Shown: one piece after another, positions 13,924 to 28,140 of the stretch
How the letters are laid out: each line of letters begins with the position of its first letter
Position numbering within the stretch: position 1 is the stretch's first letter
NCBI GenBank assembly: GCA_973895155.1
Contig: OZ316897.1
Span: 7,058,470-7,122,469 of the forward strand
DNA length: 64,000 nt
Reading direction: 5' to 3'
Source: Marsupella aquatica
Lineage: Eukaryota; Plantae; Marchantiophyta
Translations under genes and position numbers: made by a program
Notes under the pieces: model-generated
What the model was told of the DNA's origin: nothing
Databases searched by the model: none
What the model saw: the letters and a program-made list of their open reading frames with translations, nothing else

Positions 13924-16036
13924 AGGCTATGGTTGATGTATATTTGATTGTACATAGTGGTCATTCTCTCACAGCCGTGAACGTAGCCAAAATGGGGTGA
14001 CCCAATACTACTTTCAGTGTTCGCTATGTCATGTGTGATTAATTAATTACAACCTATAGTGTTTATTTCTATACACTATTAGCCCCCCTTGCCTGCTGCC
14101 CATTTCAATTACCTGACCATGGTATTTTAATAACAATCTGGAAGCATGAGAATATTTTAACTTTGACCAGGCCAAGAGTCACTGACAGAACATAGGAGTT
14201 TAGCAGGTCAGGACCTAAGGATCAAAACCTACAGAAGACATTAATTCTTTTAACATGAATAGCATGCATTAGTGGGTTTTAGAAATAACCATTGACACTT
14301 TGAAAGAAATGGCATACTCCAAGACAATTTGGCTTGTGCTGATAGAGAGGGCAGTGCATGCATCAAGTTTAATGAGCTCAAGGTCACCATGCTGAAAGTT
14401 CACTGTATTTTCAAATATGCCATATTTTTCATACATGGTGACTTTGGTTGCATTGGTGAACTTGTCGTCCATATATGAAAGCAGTGGTATATTCATAAAT
14501 ACAATAAAACATAGACAATATTGTCAATTGGAATATTTTTAGTGGCAGAGTAATTAACAGTTGATTTTTTAAACTGTTACCATGGTGGGACTAAGATAAA
14601 GCCAAATATAGTAGTTCAGGTTAGTGGTTTAACTTTAGTTGTGACCAAATAGTTGTATTTGAATAGTGAACAAGGGGGCACTCTATCCAAATAGTGAGCC
14701 ATGAACATTGTGTTCAAATTTTGACTTGATGTTTTGGATTTTTTTTACATATTTTGACATTGTGTTCAACTGAATGCAAATTGTTGAATGCACTCCCTCA
14801 TGGTTGAAACAATGAAAGTATATTGAGAGTTTGACCAATGGTTACCTTCACACCATGGTGTTGTGTTAATTGATTTGAGTGCAAACAACTTTGTACTCAC
14901 CCGAATTGGTGTTGTGTTTGGGGGGACAATAATCTGCTTTTTCCCCTTTTTGTGCAAGTTCTGGTCCATGAAGGCCACCTGTAACCTGAAATTTCTCTGC
15001 TACTCTGAGATTTCCCCTGTTTGGCGAATTCCGGTCCAGGAAGTCCACGTGTATCCTGAAATTTCTCTGCTAGAGTGCATTATCCCCTACTTGGGTGAGT
15101 CCCGGTCCAGGCACACCGAGTGTAACCTGAAATTTCTCTGCTAATGTGCGTTTTACTCTACTAGCCCTAACTACCCATTCTTTGAACGTAAATAGGAGAG
15201 AGGACAATAAAAAAATTATCAAAATATATTTTCTATTCATATTCATGGATGTGCATACAAAAAAAATATCATTTTAATAGTCATATATAATATACCATTC
15301 TCCCTTATGTGCACATGAGTCTTTTTTGTATGCACATCCATCTTCTATGCACATATGTTATGGTGGGGCCATAATGCCTATAAAAATTATCACAAAAACT
15401 GACATGTATATACATCATAGTCATGTTATGAGTTTCTATCATGCACATGGTTGCCGCACATGGTGGCCATAGAGTTAAGATCTAGAGGCTTCACTCTAGA
15501 CCTAGGCTCTTAAAAGTATACTTGAGTTGACGCTTTTATAAAAAGATTTGGGCGAATTCAGGCCCCCAAGAACTCAGGAAGTACACCTGTAACCTAACCT
15601 GAAACTAAACCGAAGCGGGCACACCAAACGATATCTACAATAGGCTTTGCTCCATGAGCGGCATCCCATCTTTCGTACGCTCCAAGTATAGTGGTGAATC
15701 AATTCGCCCTCGTTTCTCCTCGGCGTCCTACCCTTGGGCCATCACATGTTTGTTGTTGGAGGTCCTCATGAGATGCTACCGTGAACTTTGCTGAAAGAGC
15801 TTCTGCACCCCTCGTCATTCTACATCGCTTTCCTTCGTAGTTTACCCGGGAGTAGCGATGTAGCACGTCGTTTTCCCGAAAGAGCAGGAGAACGCCGTCC
15901 TGGGAGTTGTGAGTGTCATCAATGTGGAGCATTGGATAAGTGGATACTCAGTGGATAGTCCTTTGAGACAGTTGTTGACGTTGAAGCGTGCATTCGTCAG
16001 TGCACTCACCGGGTTCTCTAGGCTGCTTGCTACACT

Positions 16037-16061
16037 TCTGCCTGCCTGCCTGCCTGCCTGC
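16037..16061. repeat. (CTGC)n microsatellite in the probable 5' UTR or promoter of the host gene
   Basis: CTGC repeated about 6 times. Confidence 0.8.
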
Positions 16062-17060
16062 TACAGCTACAGCTCTTTTCTTGTCCGAAGTTCCACCTTA
16101 GAGTTACCGAATTGATAAGTTTGGAGTGGCAATAGTAGTAAGACGATAGTAGACAGCGACTCTTGTCTGCTATGCGCCCGCTCGTGTTTGTTTGGTCGCA
16201 GGACGAGGAAGAGCGTGGTAGCTGTTCTGTGTTTTGGAAGGCGTCGTTGTGAAGGAAAGGGTTTGCTTTACAGAACCGGGAGCTCAGTGTTTTTTACAAT
16301 TGCCGGAGGATGGTGGTTTTGAGTAGGGTGGGGGAGGGAGTGACCAAAATTCTGCCACTCGAGTCCAGGAATTCAGGTGTTGGTTCTAGTTCGTGCGGCA
16401 ATTTTTGTTTGCCCGAGCTGCAGCTGTCTTTTAAAAAGCGAAGGAGATAAACAGAGCGCGCATGGTAAAGAGGCAAATTTTCAACGGGGCGGAGCCGAGA
16501 TGTTCTTTAATGAAAGCGAGTCGATCGTCATGAGAATGGTGAGAATTTGTAGGATGGCGTCGGGCAAGGAGATGGAGACAAGGGAATGAACAGCAGCTGG
16601 TCCAGTGTCGAGGATTGGGGAAGGGGACGACTGGGCGCTGCGGTTGTGATATCGACTGTGACATGTACTATAGCGCGCCTTAATTATCGGGATGGAGCTG
16701 GCTAGGCAGTGAGAGTGGATGAGGCAGGTTGCGTTTTTTCACTAGACAAGGTGTATGAACCTAAGAAACTTTGCCTCGGTTGTTGAGGTGGAGCAATTTC
16801 GAGCTCACATTGTGCTCTACTCTAGCTAGAAGGGTAAGGCTTCCTCGAATTTAGGGCGTATCAGCAGGGTATGTGACTCTTTGCTCACGTTGGCAAAGCC
16901 GGCTTCTTGATTAGCGAAAAATCGCATGAAAGCACTAGGATTGCGGGTAGTCGATAGCCTGCGAAACTGACACAGGTCTTCTCACCGGGTGAATCGCGTG
17001 ACAACTCTATCGATGCACTCAAGGCTTTGAAGTTCTGCTTTCTGTACGCGACAGCGCCAC

Positions 17061-20000
17061 ATGTCGGGGTCTAGTAAGTTCTCACGAGGGGGTGGCCGGG
17101 GGCTCAATAGGATCCCCCCCCCCCCGTTGGGCCGTGGCATGGTGCCATTGAGAAGGGGACAGCCTCCTGGGAAAGAAAAAGGGCGGCCTGACGAAACATC
17201 TAAGGGACGAGGCCTTACCCTGAAAGGTAATTCAATTGGCGCTAGCAGTGTGGGAGGGTTTCAAGCCGAAGACTTTCAGTTGGTATCCTGCCGAGAACAG
17301 GGTGCCCTTCCTCTCTACGCAATGGCAATTCGGCTTACGCCCGGTATGCTCGAGACGCTCAAGCGAGTAGAAGAGCTAGGAGAGACTACTACCATGAAGT
17401 TCGGTGTCAATAACTCTGGCCATGTATGTATGCTTCCTCACAGTTGCAAATTTCATTGCACTTCATGTCTTCCTGCTGAATCTTCACGATCTGGATGGTT
17501 GTATTTAAGTTAGACACTGCAGACCTATTTTGTTGGACTGTCTTGGAATTGGTGGCCTGTTATTTATTTACCGTTCTATAATTCTTCTTTAAACTACACT
17601 TTTTAAAACACCAGTTCCTCAGGAGGTAGGTTTAAGCAGAGGGAAGCCTTCCAGGTTATTGACATTCAGTGAGAGCAGCGTGAAGCTGTCGAGCAAGATA
17701 AAACCATGCGAGTTCTATGTCTACTTCTGCATCGTAGTTAGTTTGGTAAGCAAACTGACTAGACAATTTTGGATATGAAACTCACTTATACTAAAGTTCC
17801 AAGGATACGGCTGCCTCAAACGAAGGGCTTACAAGGTAGAAGTCAGTCGACTGATAGCTGAGCACTAAAGAGTTTATGTTTTAGCATTCAAATAAATTTT
17901 AAGAGCAGGAGTGCACATATGGTAATGGTAATGTACTATAAGCTCCGGGACCATAAAGTCAAGGGCCCCGTAACAAAAGTGAAAGTACAATGCAAAGAAA
18001 TGAGCAAGCAATATGGTCCTAGGGCATCCAATTGGATCGTAGGAACCAACAAGGTATAAAGATATGCCAGACTCCTAACTGTCCTCTCCCAGCTTACAGG
18101 ACAGTCTAGACTGCCAGCAAAATAGGAAATTAACAATTTAGCAATTAACAAGAAATTCCTTAATCCTTCGTAGGGAAGCACTGATCTGATCTCTTTTTGT
18201 TTCAAGAGTCCAAGAATGTTAGATGGAGAGTAGTATGTTTAGCGGTTCCGGTCTCAAGTTCTAGGAATTTGCTAACGACGCTTTTTGAAGCTTTACATCA
18301 ATGTATCAGATTATCAAGGTTGCCGAAGAAGAATTCCGATTTTCATCTGCACCCGAGCCTGGCGAACTCTGTGACATATTTGAGGAGCAGCGGAGAGGGG
18401 AGGACGGGAATGGCCTCCTGGTCGAAGCCGGATCAGTCTGGAGGAAATTATCAGTAATACGCACTCTAAGTGCTACAGACAAGGCGACAGTGAAAGCTCG
18501 ATCTGTGGAGGCAGAGAGACAGCAGAAGTCCCGCAAGTAAGTTCTCACATTCACTGGTTGGAGAAATTGTTGGGTGTCAGATGAGGTCATTTACTGATGG
18601 CTGGGAGGTTTGTAAAGTCTTTTTGTTTACTTGAGTGGTTGAGGTACCCACTCCATCAAGTTACGTGGAATGAAGGCTGCCATGATTGGAAGGATTGCAA
18701 GGCTTTGTCCAGGATTAATCATGTGACGTAACTTTTTCATGTCTAACGTGGCCCTGTCTATCTTGTTGTGTCTGCACAAAATTGCCCGTCAATAAAAACT
18801 CTAGGAGATTATAATTGCTTCTTAAGTTGGAAGGTCCTTTTGGATCGATTCCTCCTCAAATTTGCCTTTGCGACTCCCATCATGATCAGGAAGATTAATG
18901 TTCAAACCTTGGAACCGCAACCGTTGGACTCTGAAACTACCCACTTCCTCTAGCCAGGTGGGTTTCGAAAATATGGCGCTGACGATGTGGTATGCGTGAT
19001 TCAGGGCAATTATTCTGGATCATAGCAATTCCTTGATGAATAATAAGGCGGCCACTGCAGGAGATGGTATGAATTTGGGCTTCTTATTCATTGTTGGCAA
19101 TGAACATGTAGAACATATGATATATACCTATGGGAAGAAGTCTTGCCGTTGCAGTAGGTTCCAAGACCAACAGGCACTCCTTTTGACAAGGGTATCACCT
19201 CTTAGTGATGGAGTCCCTTGCTGCAATATGAAACTTGCAGATGGTGTAAAGTTTCAGAATAGATCTGGTGCTGTTAATGTTTGGTCATGATTATATGAGA
19301 TTCTCAAGAGGGTGCTTCTGCTTTTCAATCTTCGTCAGTCCTATGGAATATTTCATACTGTTGTTGATGACTTTGTTGGCCAGTAATTTGCTTGCTGTTA
19401 TCGTTTGATTTCTATATGCATTGCTTGGTGATCTTTCTTCTCTCCTATGACCAACTCTGGCTATGTGTCCTTTGTATATGCTTGATATCTGTCCAATGCT
19501 TGCATGACTGTCATGTCTGTTGGCTCGAATGGTGGACTCGTGCTATCTTGATAAGAGGGCCCCCTGTTGGTGTGTAGCAAATGGTCGGCGAGCATCAGTG
19601 ATGGCAAAACCCAAGAAGGAGCCTCCTCAAAAGAAGCGCAAGATCGTCGCGACTGCTCCAGGTTGGCATTATTATCCAAAGCTATCGTAACAGCTTGTGC
19701 AGAAAGGTATATCTTTGTGAATTTTTAGGTGAATATATTAGCCATCTGAGTTTATCTGCCGCAATGTTGTTGTCGGACAGGGACTCAGTTGAGGCAGTGG
19801 TTTTTAGTGGGATTCGGGATTCAGTGGGATTTGGGATTCAGGCAGTCAACAAGGTGGTCAAAGAAACAGATATAACCTCTTTGGGAAGAGATAAACTTGC
19901 AGATAAATAGATTCCAGTTGCTGTTTGTAATAAGACTCTTTGAAGAAATACATATTGAAGAAGAAAGTTTGTTATTGTTACTGAAAATATTCCTGTGACT

Positions 20001-23000
20001 CAAGACATATCCTTTGCACCTGAGCTTGGCGAACAGCAAGTTAATTGTTTCGAGGACATCGAGCTGAGTGATAGTTTTTGATGGAATCAGCCCTGTTTCT
20101 TGTGCGCCATTCCTGTATCATGTGTTTTTCTTTAGAGGTGCGGCTTAAATCTTGATAAACTTCTGAATTACGCTGTCTGTGGCTCGCAGTGATACCTCCT
20201 TTATCTGCTGTGAAGACCAGGCCAATGCCACCTATGATAGAAAAGGCTGCAGGTGCAGCTGCAACATCAAAACTGGGCAAATCTACATCAGTTTCCTCAC
20301 CGCCAGATGGACCGCCCATTTCATCCCGTCCACCACCACCACCACAGGGCTCTTTGGTGCCTCCACTTAAACTAAGAGGTGCGGCGACGGAAGAAGGCGG
20401 GGGTACGGCCAAAAGTGTATTAATATCTCACAAGGATAAATTGTCTAGTCCAGCGTTAGCAACAGCTTTTGAGACAGGAGCCATTGCGAAGACTGCCGGG
20501 GTAGTCAACATGAGTGAGCTCCGAAATTGTTTGATCACACTGCTAGTTGACAATCCGAAAGGGATGACCATAAAGGTATTTGCAGTCAGCTCAAAATGAT
20601 GTCAGTTTACAAGAATGGTAGCAAATTCCAAACTCAATTGTTCTTGTATTGTGACTCTCTGATCGTATTCATTGAGGCATTTCAGATCAGCTTCCCAGAC
20701 TCCAAGTATTGTGGGCAGGTCCTGCTACAAAATTTAGACCTGTGCTTCGACAGACTAATTGTTACAGTTTTTAAAACGAGTGGTCATGGCCTTACACTTG
20801 ACGTATTGCTGTTGCCTTACCTGTTCAGGCTGTTGAGAAAGCTTTGGGAGAGGCAATGCCTAATGTTCGACCAGACAAAAAGCAGATTGAAAAGGTGATC
20901 AAGGCGGTAAGTGTTCTTCGAATATGAACATCATTTCGTGATTTGATTTCTTAATCACTTACTTTGTTTAATGCGTTACTGCTTGTGCGTTGTCTTTATT
21001 TTCCTGCAAAGAAGTATAATTTTCAGATTCCTTTTCTCGGGTAGACAGTTGTTTCACGTCTCTATTTCCTTCTGGATATATGTCTTCAGTGACTTATTGC
21101 TGTGTCTTTTGGGAAACATCGGAGGATTATGGTTGGGTGGTGACGGTTTTTCCTCGCTTGTGCCATCAGATTGCATCATATCATGCTCCCGGAAAGTATA
21201 TGCTGAAAGAGGGGGTCGAGAAGGGAGCTTTTGCCAAACCATCACCTGGAAGTGGAAGGTTGCGTTCACGCACTGCTGTCTCTCTGATTTGTAATGATTT
21301 ACCACGTCTTAAGAAGGAACGTGGCAGGACACTGGATTAGAAACCTTCAAGTATGTCCTGGGGTGGAAGGGTCACTTGGGACAGGAATATCTCCGAGCTC
21401 CCGGCTCTCTCGACCGGCTCTTCATCTTGTTTTAAACTGTGAAACTTAACCCCTTGTTCATTAGCTTACAGTGGCTTTAGTATTCCGTGTCCCAATTGGA
21501 ATCCATGTGGACTAAACTTCTTTCATCCGTTTCTCGACTCCAGTCCTATATGAACATCGTCTCAATTCAGCACTAACCATCTTCTGCACTGACTACACCA
21601 ACTCCCAGTATTCGATCGTGCTAGTCCCTCTGTCTGACTGCGTTGATGTACGAATGTTGCGGATATACTTTATGTTGTTAGCAAAATTGTGTTTTGGCGA
21701 CATGTTATAATTTTGTTCCCTTAGTGTCGCATGCCATCTTTTGTAGAAGAAGGACGATTCTATTTCATGATCATATCCTCATTAGAATGAGTTTTATAGT
21801 AATTGTTCTGCCATGGCTTTGATTAGGTTTCCCGGGCGGGGAGGGGAATGTGGTCAATTTCATTTAACTTCTGTCGTGTTTGTTTGCAGCTCTCCAGAGA
21901 CAGCTCCAGTAGATTCACCTCCGTTAGGAGATTTGCCAGTTCTCATGGATAACGCCCCAGAAACACAACAAGAAATAGCTGGTACTGTTGGCAGTGGGGA
22001 AGATCGTACTGTCGCATTGCGTAAAGACCCGAAGAGAACAGATGGTGCAAGCCGGAACTCATCCCTTCCTCTTCGGGGTGGTGAGAGTGCCATGAGCAGA
22101 GCAATTAGAAGGGCCGGAGAGATGGTTCGGGGTAATGCAGAGAAACTTCATTTTTCGGGATTGGATAAGTCAAGGACTGCTGTGGAATCATCAGGGCAGA
22201 AACCTGAAGATTCGATTGTGAAGGACTCGACTGCTGGGCCTGAGATTGTAGATGCTGACCATGTAAGCATTGGAGGTGATGAAAGCCCGGTGGTAGGTTC
22301 ACCTGAGAATGAGAACGATGGCAAGTTTAATGGAATGGAGGTGGAAACTATTGACCCGGACCTTCAGAATCTGGGTTCACCTCATTTGGCTGAAGCTGAT
22401 AATAAGAAGGCGAACAGTGACGGAAGTGACACTTCAAGCTCAAGCTCAAGCTCAAGCGAAAGTGGTAGTGATAGTGATAGTGAAAGTGCAAGTGGGAGTA
22501 GAAGTGGAAGTGGAAGTGAAACTGACAGTGATGGCAGTAGTAGCAGCGCAAGCGAGGAGGAGAACATGGATGAGGATGTCGATATTATTAGTGATGATGA
22601 AGATAAGGCAGGTGTGGATGTAGTCACAGCAGAGGCTTCGAAGCAGAAATTAAAGTCTAAAGAAAACCGAACATCGCTTGAGCGTCAGGAAAGTAGGGTT
22701 CAGAAACAGGCTTCCCGTGGTAAGAAGCAGAAACAAAAAGGATCAGATGCTGGCATGACCCCTCATGAATCAGAAGATGCAGAGACTGGTGATGGAGGAG
22801 AAGGTGGAGACATCAGCAAGTTGGTGGATCAAGAAGCCACTGAGAAGGGGGCCAAGGGTAGTAACAGTGAGGAGGAGGTCGATGTCGTTTCTAGTGATGA
22901 GGATACTCCTTCACCTCCCAATCAGAGAACTCATTCTCCTGCAGAATCTGGTGAGCACAACGACAAACCAATTGATTTAGATCTTGAGCTCCACTCAAAC

Positions 23001-26000
23001 TTTCCCTCCATGGAAGAGGTTAAAGGCGGGCAGGGTAGTCTTCATGCGGCCGTGCCAACTAGGAGTGGCTCAGAGTCAGATCACAGTATTGAAGAATATG
23101 AAACCAGAGCTGAAACCAGCGGGGTGAGGGGTGCTAGAGTGAAAGTCATTGGAGAACAGAAGGATGACATCTTAGAAAGGAAGATTGAAGGTCTTGAGAG
23201 TGTTATATCTCTACGAAGTAAGGGGTCTGGTGGAACCAAAGGATTGGAAACCCCACATAGTGTTGAACGGGGAAGCAAAACAGAAGTTGCAGGTATTTCC
23301 CCGGCGTTGAAAGGCTCTGATATGACTGATGGCCCAATGGGGAGTAAAGAACATCTTGTATCTAGTGGAGTGTCTTTTAGATCAGACCACCAACAAAGAT
23401 CACTCCTTGGAACTCCTCCTGTGCCAAGAGATGGTCTGGATCAAGTCGGCTCACGTACGCACCGAGAATCCCCCGTCAAGACCAAAGCAATTCAGTCGAA
23501 AAGAAAGGGGTTGAATACGAATTTGCAGACGGGCGAAATTCACGAAAAGTCTTCCGTAACCCAGCGAGGTCCTCATCGCTTCAGGAAGATAATGGAGCCA
23601 CCCGGTCGCACTGCAAAGTTCTCAGACGTTTCCTCGAAAGCCCTTGGGGAGGGAGAGATACATTTGAAAGCTGCAGATGGATTCTCCAAACTAAGCGAGG
23701 AACCTGGTTTGATTGGGAAGGGGCCAGAATCCAGAGATACATCGACGGCAGACCGTCCAGTGAAGTCAAGTCGGGATGGCAATACACTGGAAAGGCATGA
23801 TGTACATAAGAGGCGAAATAGGGAAGCAGGTCTTCTTGCCAAGGCCGATAAAGGTTCAGAGCTGAATAATTCCAATTTGTTAGGCAAGCTTGGTAGGGAT
23901 TCCAAACAAGCGAAGAAGCCAGGGGAGAAACTTGAGGGTCTCAATAGAGGTGAGCCTTCCGAGAAAGCAGTCACATGCCCCGAGTTCGGAGAGAAGCTGA
24001 CAAAGGACACTGAGATTCAGAGAAGACTTTTACGGGATGGAGAATCTTGGCGGAAGTCTCCTAAAGTGATAGAGTCAGGCATCAGGGTAGGCAGTGATAA
24101 CGAGGTTCACAGTGCTAGGCTGAAGGATCTTCCAAAGTCTGACACAGATCAATCAGAAGCTGCGAAGATCAAGGTCTCTAGAATGACTTCCGATCTGGAG
24201 CTAGGCGAATTGAGGGACATAGTTGCAGGAGAAGAATTGAGACCAAAGGATTCTTTACGGCAGGACGTTTTGAAAATGAGGGAGGGCTCTGATATTTTGT
24301 CTAGGCAACCACAAAACAAGACGAATGTTAGCCCTGACAAGGACAAGCCAAGAAATACTGGAAAACTGGGCGATGTGAAGAAGCGATCGCCGGCTGATTT
24401 GAAGAAGCAGCAATTGGCCAAGAAGGAGTTACAAAAGGCGGATATTCCCGTACCTTCAAGAGATACCATGCGACCAGCCTTAAGTGGTCAAAAATTTGGT
24501 GCTGGTCATGACGACAAATTAGAGATGGGCAACCACCGTGCAGGTGAGGCACCTAGAACTTTTGGAGATCCTAATGAGAAACACATTGAATGGAGGAATG
24601 GAAAGCGTCTGGCTGATGATTCTGGAAATCATGAACTTGGAAGAGCTTTGAAGAGGACTGCGTTTGAACAGTCGCAAGCAGCAACATCTCTTGGGCGAGG
24701 GGACCCAGATGCAACTTCCTACAAAGGAAATTTGGTTTTGGACGCTGCTGCGAAGACTTTTGCTCTGGATAGTGGCAAGAGCAATTTGGCAGATGGTGGG
24801 AATCAACTGGCAGCGAATAGCAGCAAACTCACGGACGATAACGGACCATTCCTAGCTCCAAAAAGCAAGGGCCAGGAAATCATGGACAACGACGTTGTTG
24901 ACAAACGAGGTTTTGGTTTTGATGATAAGCAGAAGACAGCAGCTGGTTTACTTGGGCCAGGATCCAAGAAGGATACACAAAGCAACGGGAAGAAAAGGTG
25001 CAATCAACCCAGAGAAAAGCAAAGCCGAGAATTCTTTGCACCTTATGAGAAGAGGGCTGCTGAATTAAAAGGCCCAATTTTGCAGTACGACCAGTGAGTA
25101 TAAACCTTTTTATTGTAGTCTATTGCATTCGCAAACTCTTTGTGGAGCGTTTTTGGAGTGTTCTGTATTTTGTAAAGTCGAGTTGAAATTTCGTGGGCAT
25201 GTGAAGGTTCCTGGAATATTGCAAGGAATACAATGAGAAATATCCAGTTTATGTGCGCCTGCATACCGTACTTGAGAGTGATAAGTAAGTATCGTAACCT
25301 GCTCCAGCCATGTTGTCCCCCCGCCCCATTACCTGTCTTCGTTCAAATCCAGTCTAATCTTTCTTCTCCTGCAGTGCGCCTTGTCATACGAGATGCCACT
25401 TAGTAGGTCCATGTCTCTTACTTCTGTTTTTGGCATGAAGATAGTAAAATTTTGTAGGTACCTACACGAATTTGGTAGCCACGAATGTTAGTGGAGATTC
25501 CTGTGAAGGATTGTCCTAACAGATCATGTCAGTAGCGCTTATCCTTGAGAAAGGCCGGAACACTTTGTGGATTTGTTTTTGGGTTTGGACATTAATAAGT
25601 TCCAGTGATCTGGAATCTGTTTTTGGATGCAGGCTTTCATATTAGAGTTCCTGTGCCTGTGATTCTAACTGACATCCTTTTGGTTAATAAATATGCTGAT
25701 GACAGAGAGGATTTCGAGAACTTTTCAAGGGAAATAAACGTCGCAAAAGCAGCCGAAGACAAAAATAAGCTCGGGCTTCTATATGGGAAAGTGAGGAAAG
25801 ATTATATGCAATGTTCAAAGGTGCGCTACCATTTCCTTGGCCCTGAAATTCTGATGTAGAGAAACAGCGCTGATAATAGTTTTGGCTAATCTCCCATAGC
25901 TGCTTGTTCCAAGTTTCAATTCAAGTAATTGTTTTGGTCCTTCGAGTGAAAGTTTTGGGTGGGGTCTCACCGGAAATATTGCAACGAGAGTGTTTCACGA

Positions 26001-26467
26001 GAATTGAGTCTATTTGAACATCGGCTTTTTTTGTGTGTCTGTGTTTGTCTGTTTTGGAGTGGCCTATTTTGCGTTTTACTGGACAGTAAAGTTTGCTTCG
26101 ACCATTTGCTTGATCTACTGATCTTTGTAACTTCTGTTTCAATTCCGCAGAGATTCAAGCGCATGCAAAAATCCTTTTTTATCCTACATGACGAACTGAA
26201 GGTATAGGCGTCAACTTCGGCAAGTTTTGTATCGTATTTGGCTGTTGACATCCCATCCGCCTACCCTGATTATTTCATTTTCATTGAGAGCTTGTGTGTG
26301 ATTCAAAGAAGCTGCTGGATCTTTCCTTTCAACAGTAACTGGATCCGATCATCATGACATAGTTGTACTGTTCTTTAAACCAACCTTTGACTTTGAACGT
26401 TCTGCCCTGTTTCTCTCAGGTCATAAAGCAGCGCTGTAACGAGTACGCCGAGAAAGGGCCCCAGTGA
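17061..26467 (+). CDS. Host gene for an ELL/occludin-homology-domain protein (putative Pol II elongation factor ELL-like; plant 'dentin sialophosphoprotein-like' family), 12 exons, about 1594 aa
   Basis: Exons 17061-17423, 18310-18536, 19005-19066, 19578-19661, 20190-20575, 20829-20906, 21170-21258, 21890-25093, 25207-25284, 25706-25820, 26151-26201, 26420-26467. All introns GT-AG and phase-compatible; 4785 nt open. N-terminal LYAMAIRLTP..CDIFEE..VWRKLSVIRTL; NLS-like PPQKKRK; Ser/Asp-rich tract; C-terminal EYCKEYNEKY..RFKRMQKSFFILHDELKVIKQR. Confidence 0.88.
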
Positions 26468-27094
26468 TAGTGGTTGCACAAGCAGAAGACACAGGTGTAA
26501 TAGTATTTGTATCTACATGAATACGGTTCCACAATTTTGATCTTACAGCCTGAGTAGGGCCATGCTCAGTGGTTTGCCTCGGTCTTAATTGGTTAGAGAA
26601 GGCATCTATTTTTATGACAGGCGTTGACGGGAGCAGCCAAGACCTAGTTGAGTATAGCCAATAACCTTTATCCGCACATTGCTCGAGTGTATACACCCTA
26701 CGCCATGCCTCACTATCTGAGCACTTGCTCATTGTACGAACAAAACACTTGACTTATTCTGCTCGTCAGAAGCAGTCTGTAAAATATGTACGTTTTCAAG
26801 AGTAATGTAGAGATACCAACCTTTGCCAGATTTGCACATTTGTCAGAGATTAAGCCATTTGTTTTTCTGACCAAACCTTCTACTCAATCCAGGAAATTAA
26901 GCGATGTTTGTGTCTTATCTCACCAGAGGCCAAAGGGACCTGTGCTTTGTGGACAGAGAGACCAATAGGGTGTGTCAAAGCAATGGCATAAGCAAGGTCT
27001 TAATGGCTGTGACCTTTTTGTAAGTGTGATGTCTGATCCTTGTAGGGCATGTATATAGGAAGCCATTTGGCCTGGCCATAAATCCATTTTATGT

Positions 27095-27229
27095 CCTTGG
27101 CCATACTTCAATTACAGCCCTGTTTTTACAAGCCCTACTTGCTTGGCCATACTTCAATTACAGCCCTGTTTTTAGCCCTATTTGCTTGGCCATACTTCAA
27201 CTACAACCCTGTTTGTACAAGCCCTATTT
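27095..27229. repeat. Tandem repeat of about 42-46 bp, 3 copies
   Basis: CTTGGCCATACTTCAATTACAGCCCTGTTT repeated three times. Confidence 0.85.
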
Positions 27230-27895
27230 GTGACTAGACATGCCTTATGGACCAAGGCCATTTGTCTTCAAGGATTTCCTTCTCACATCATTTGCAAGTG
27301 ACTATTGTCTTGCAGTGCAGAAACTTTGGATGGACTACTCATCCTTCCTCCTAGTCGCAGTACATGGGGCTCCAATTTCTTTTCAGATCACACCAACAGA
27401 TTTCAGGACTCTGTAGTCACGGGTGTAGTCATAAGGCATACACCCATAACACCCACAACAATCCCAAAACAAATCTTCATTGCATTTGTCATGGCATCTC
27501 TGTATTAGTTTTGTAAAGGTGCAGACTAATACCATTGGAGCTGCAAAGCCACAAGAGATGTGTAGCCTCAACCTCTTTGCACCAATTTATCATACCATTC
27601 AGGCCGTCTTCTTAGGAGGTACACCCCTTTCAGTTGTGTACTTTTGCACTGAGAGCATTCCCAGATTGCTCAGGAACTCCATTCTAGTTCCTTGCTGAAT
27701 GTAACTTTGAACCTACACCCTTCCTTGTTCTTGGTGTACACACTCCACTCTTCTTGCCTTGTGAATAAGCCAAGGTTGGATCACTCTTGATGGTTCTCCC
27801 GTCTACACAGTATTGTCTCTTCTTCCTTCTCAACTTGTTTTGAACCCTTCCTTTGCTTCTCTTAATTACAATTAGTCCAATAAACTCAAAGCTAG

Positions 27896-28140
27896 TGTGT
27901 GTGATTGATGTGACACAATGGTTTTATTGCACTCTAGGCCACTCAACCATACCAAGTATCCATAGCACAAGCTCTCCCTATCTCTCAAGTGGCTCCGTAA
28001 AATGAGCCTGAGTCCCTACTCACAAACAACAACCTACCTACAAGTGCATATAGTGTGCAACACGATCACCTAACCAAGTCCGCAACTAAGGTTTAGGGTT
28101 TACTAAACCCAAAACTACGACTGCAATTGTAACCCTACTA
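27896..28140 (-). repeat. Diverged LTR fragment related to the Copia LTR family
   Basis: Shares ATACCAAG, TCTCTCAAGTGGC, ATGAGCCT and GCATATAGTGTGCA blocks with 33553-33895. Ends uncertain. Confidence 0.6.

Noticed and set aside
14980-15143. Three copies of CCTGAAATTTCTCTGCTA
   Set aside because: Short local repeat with no supporting element structure.
21813-25097. Stand-alone 1094-aa gene
   Set aside because: It is exon 8 of the 17061-26467 gene; its ATG lies in an intron.
27260-27890. Possible decayed coding fragment
   Set aside because: No motif I could assign in any frame.
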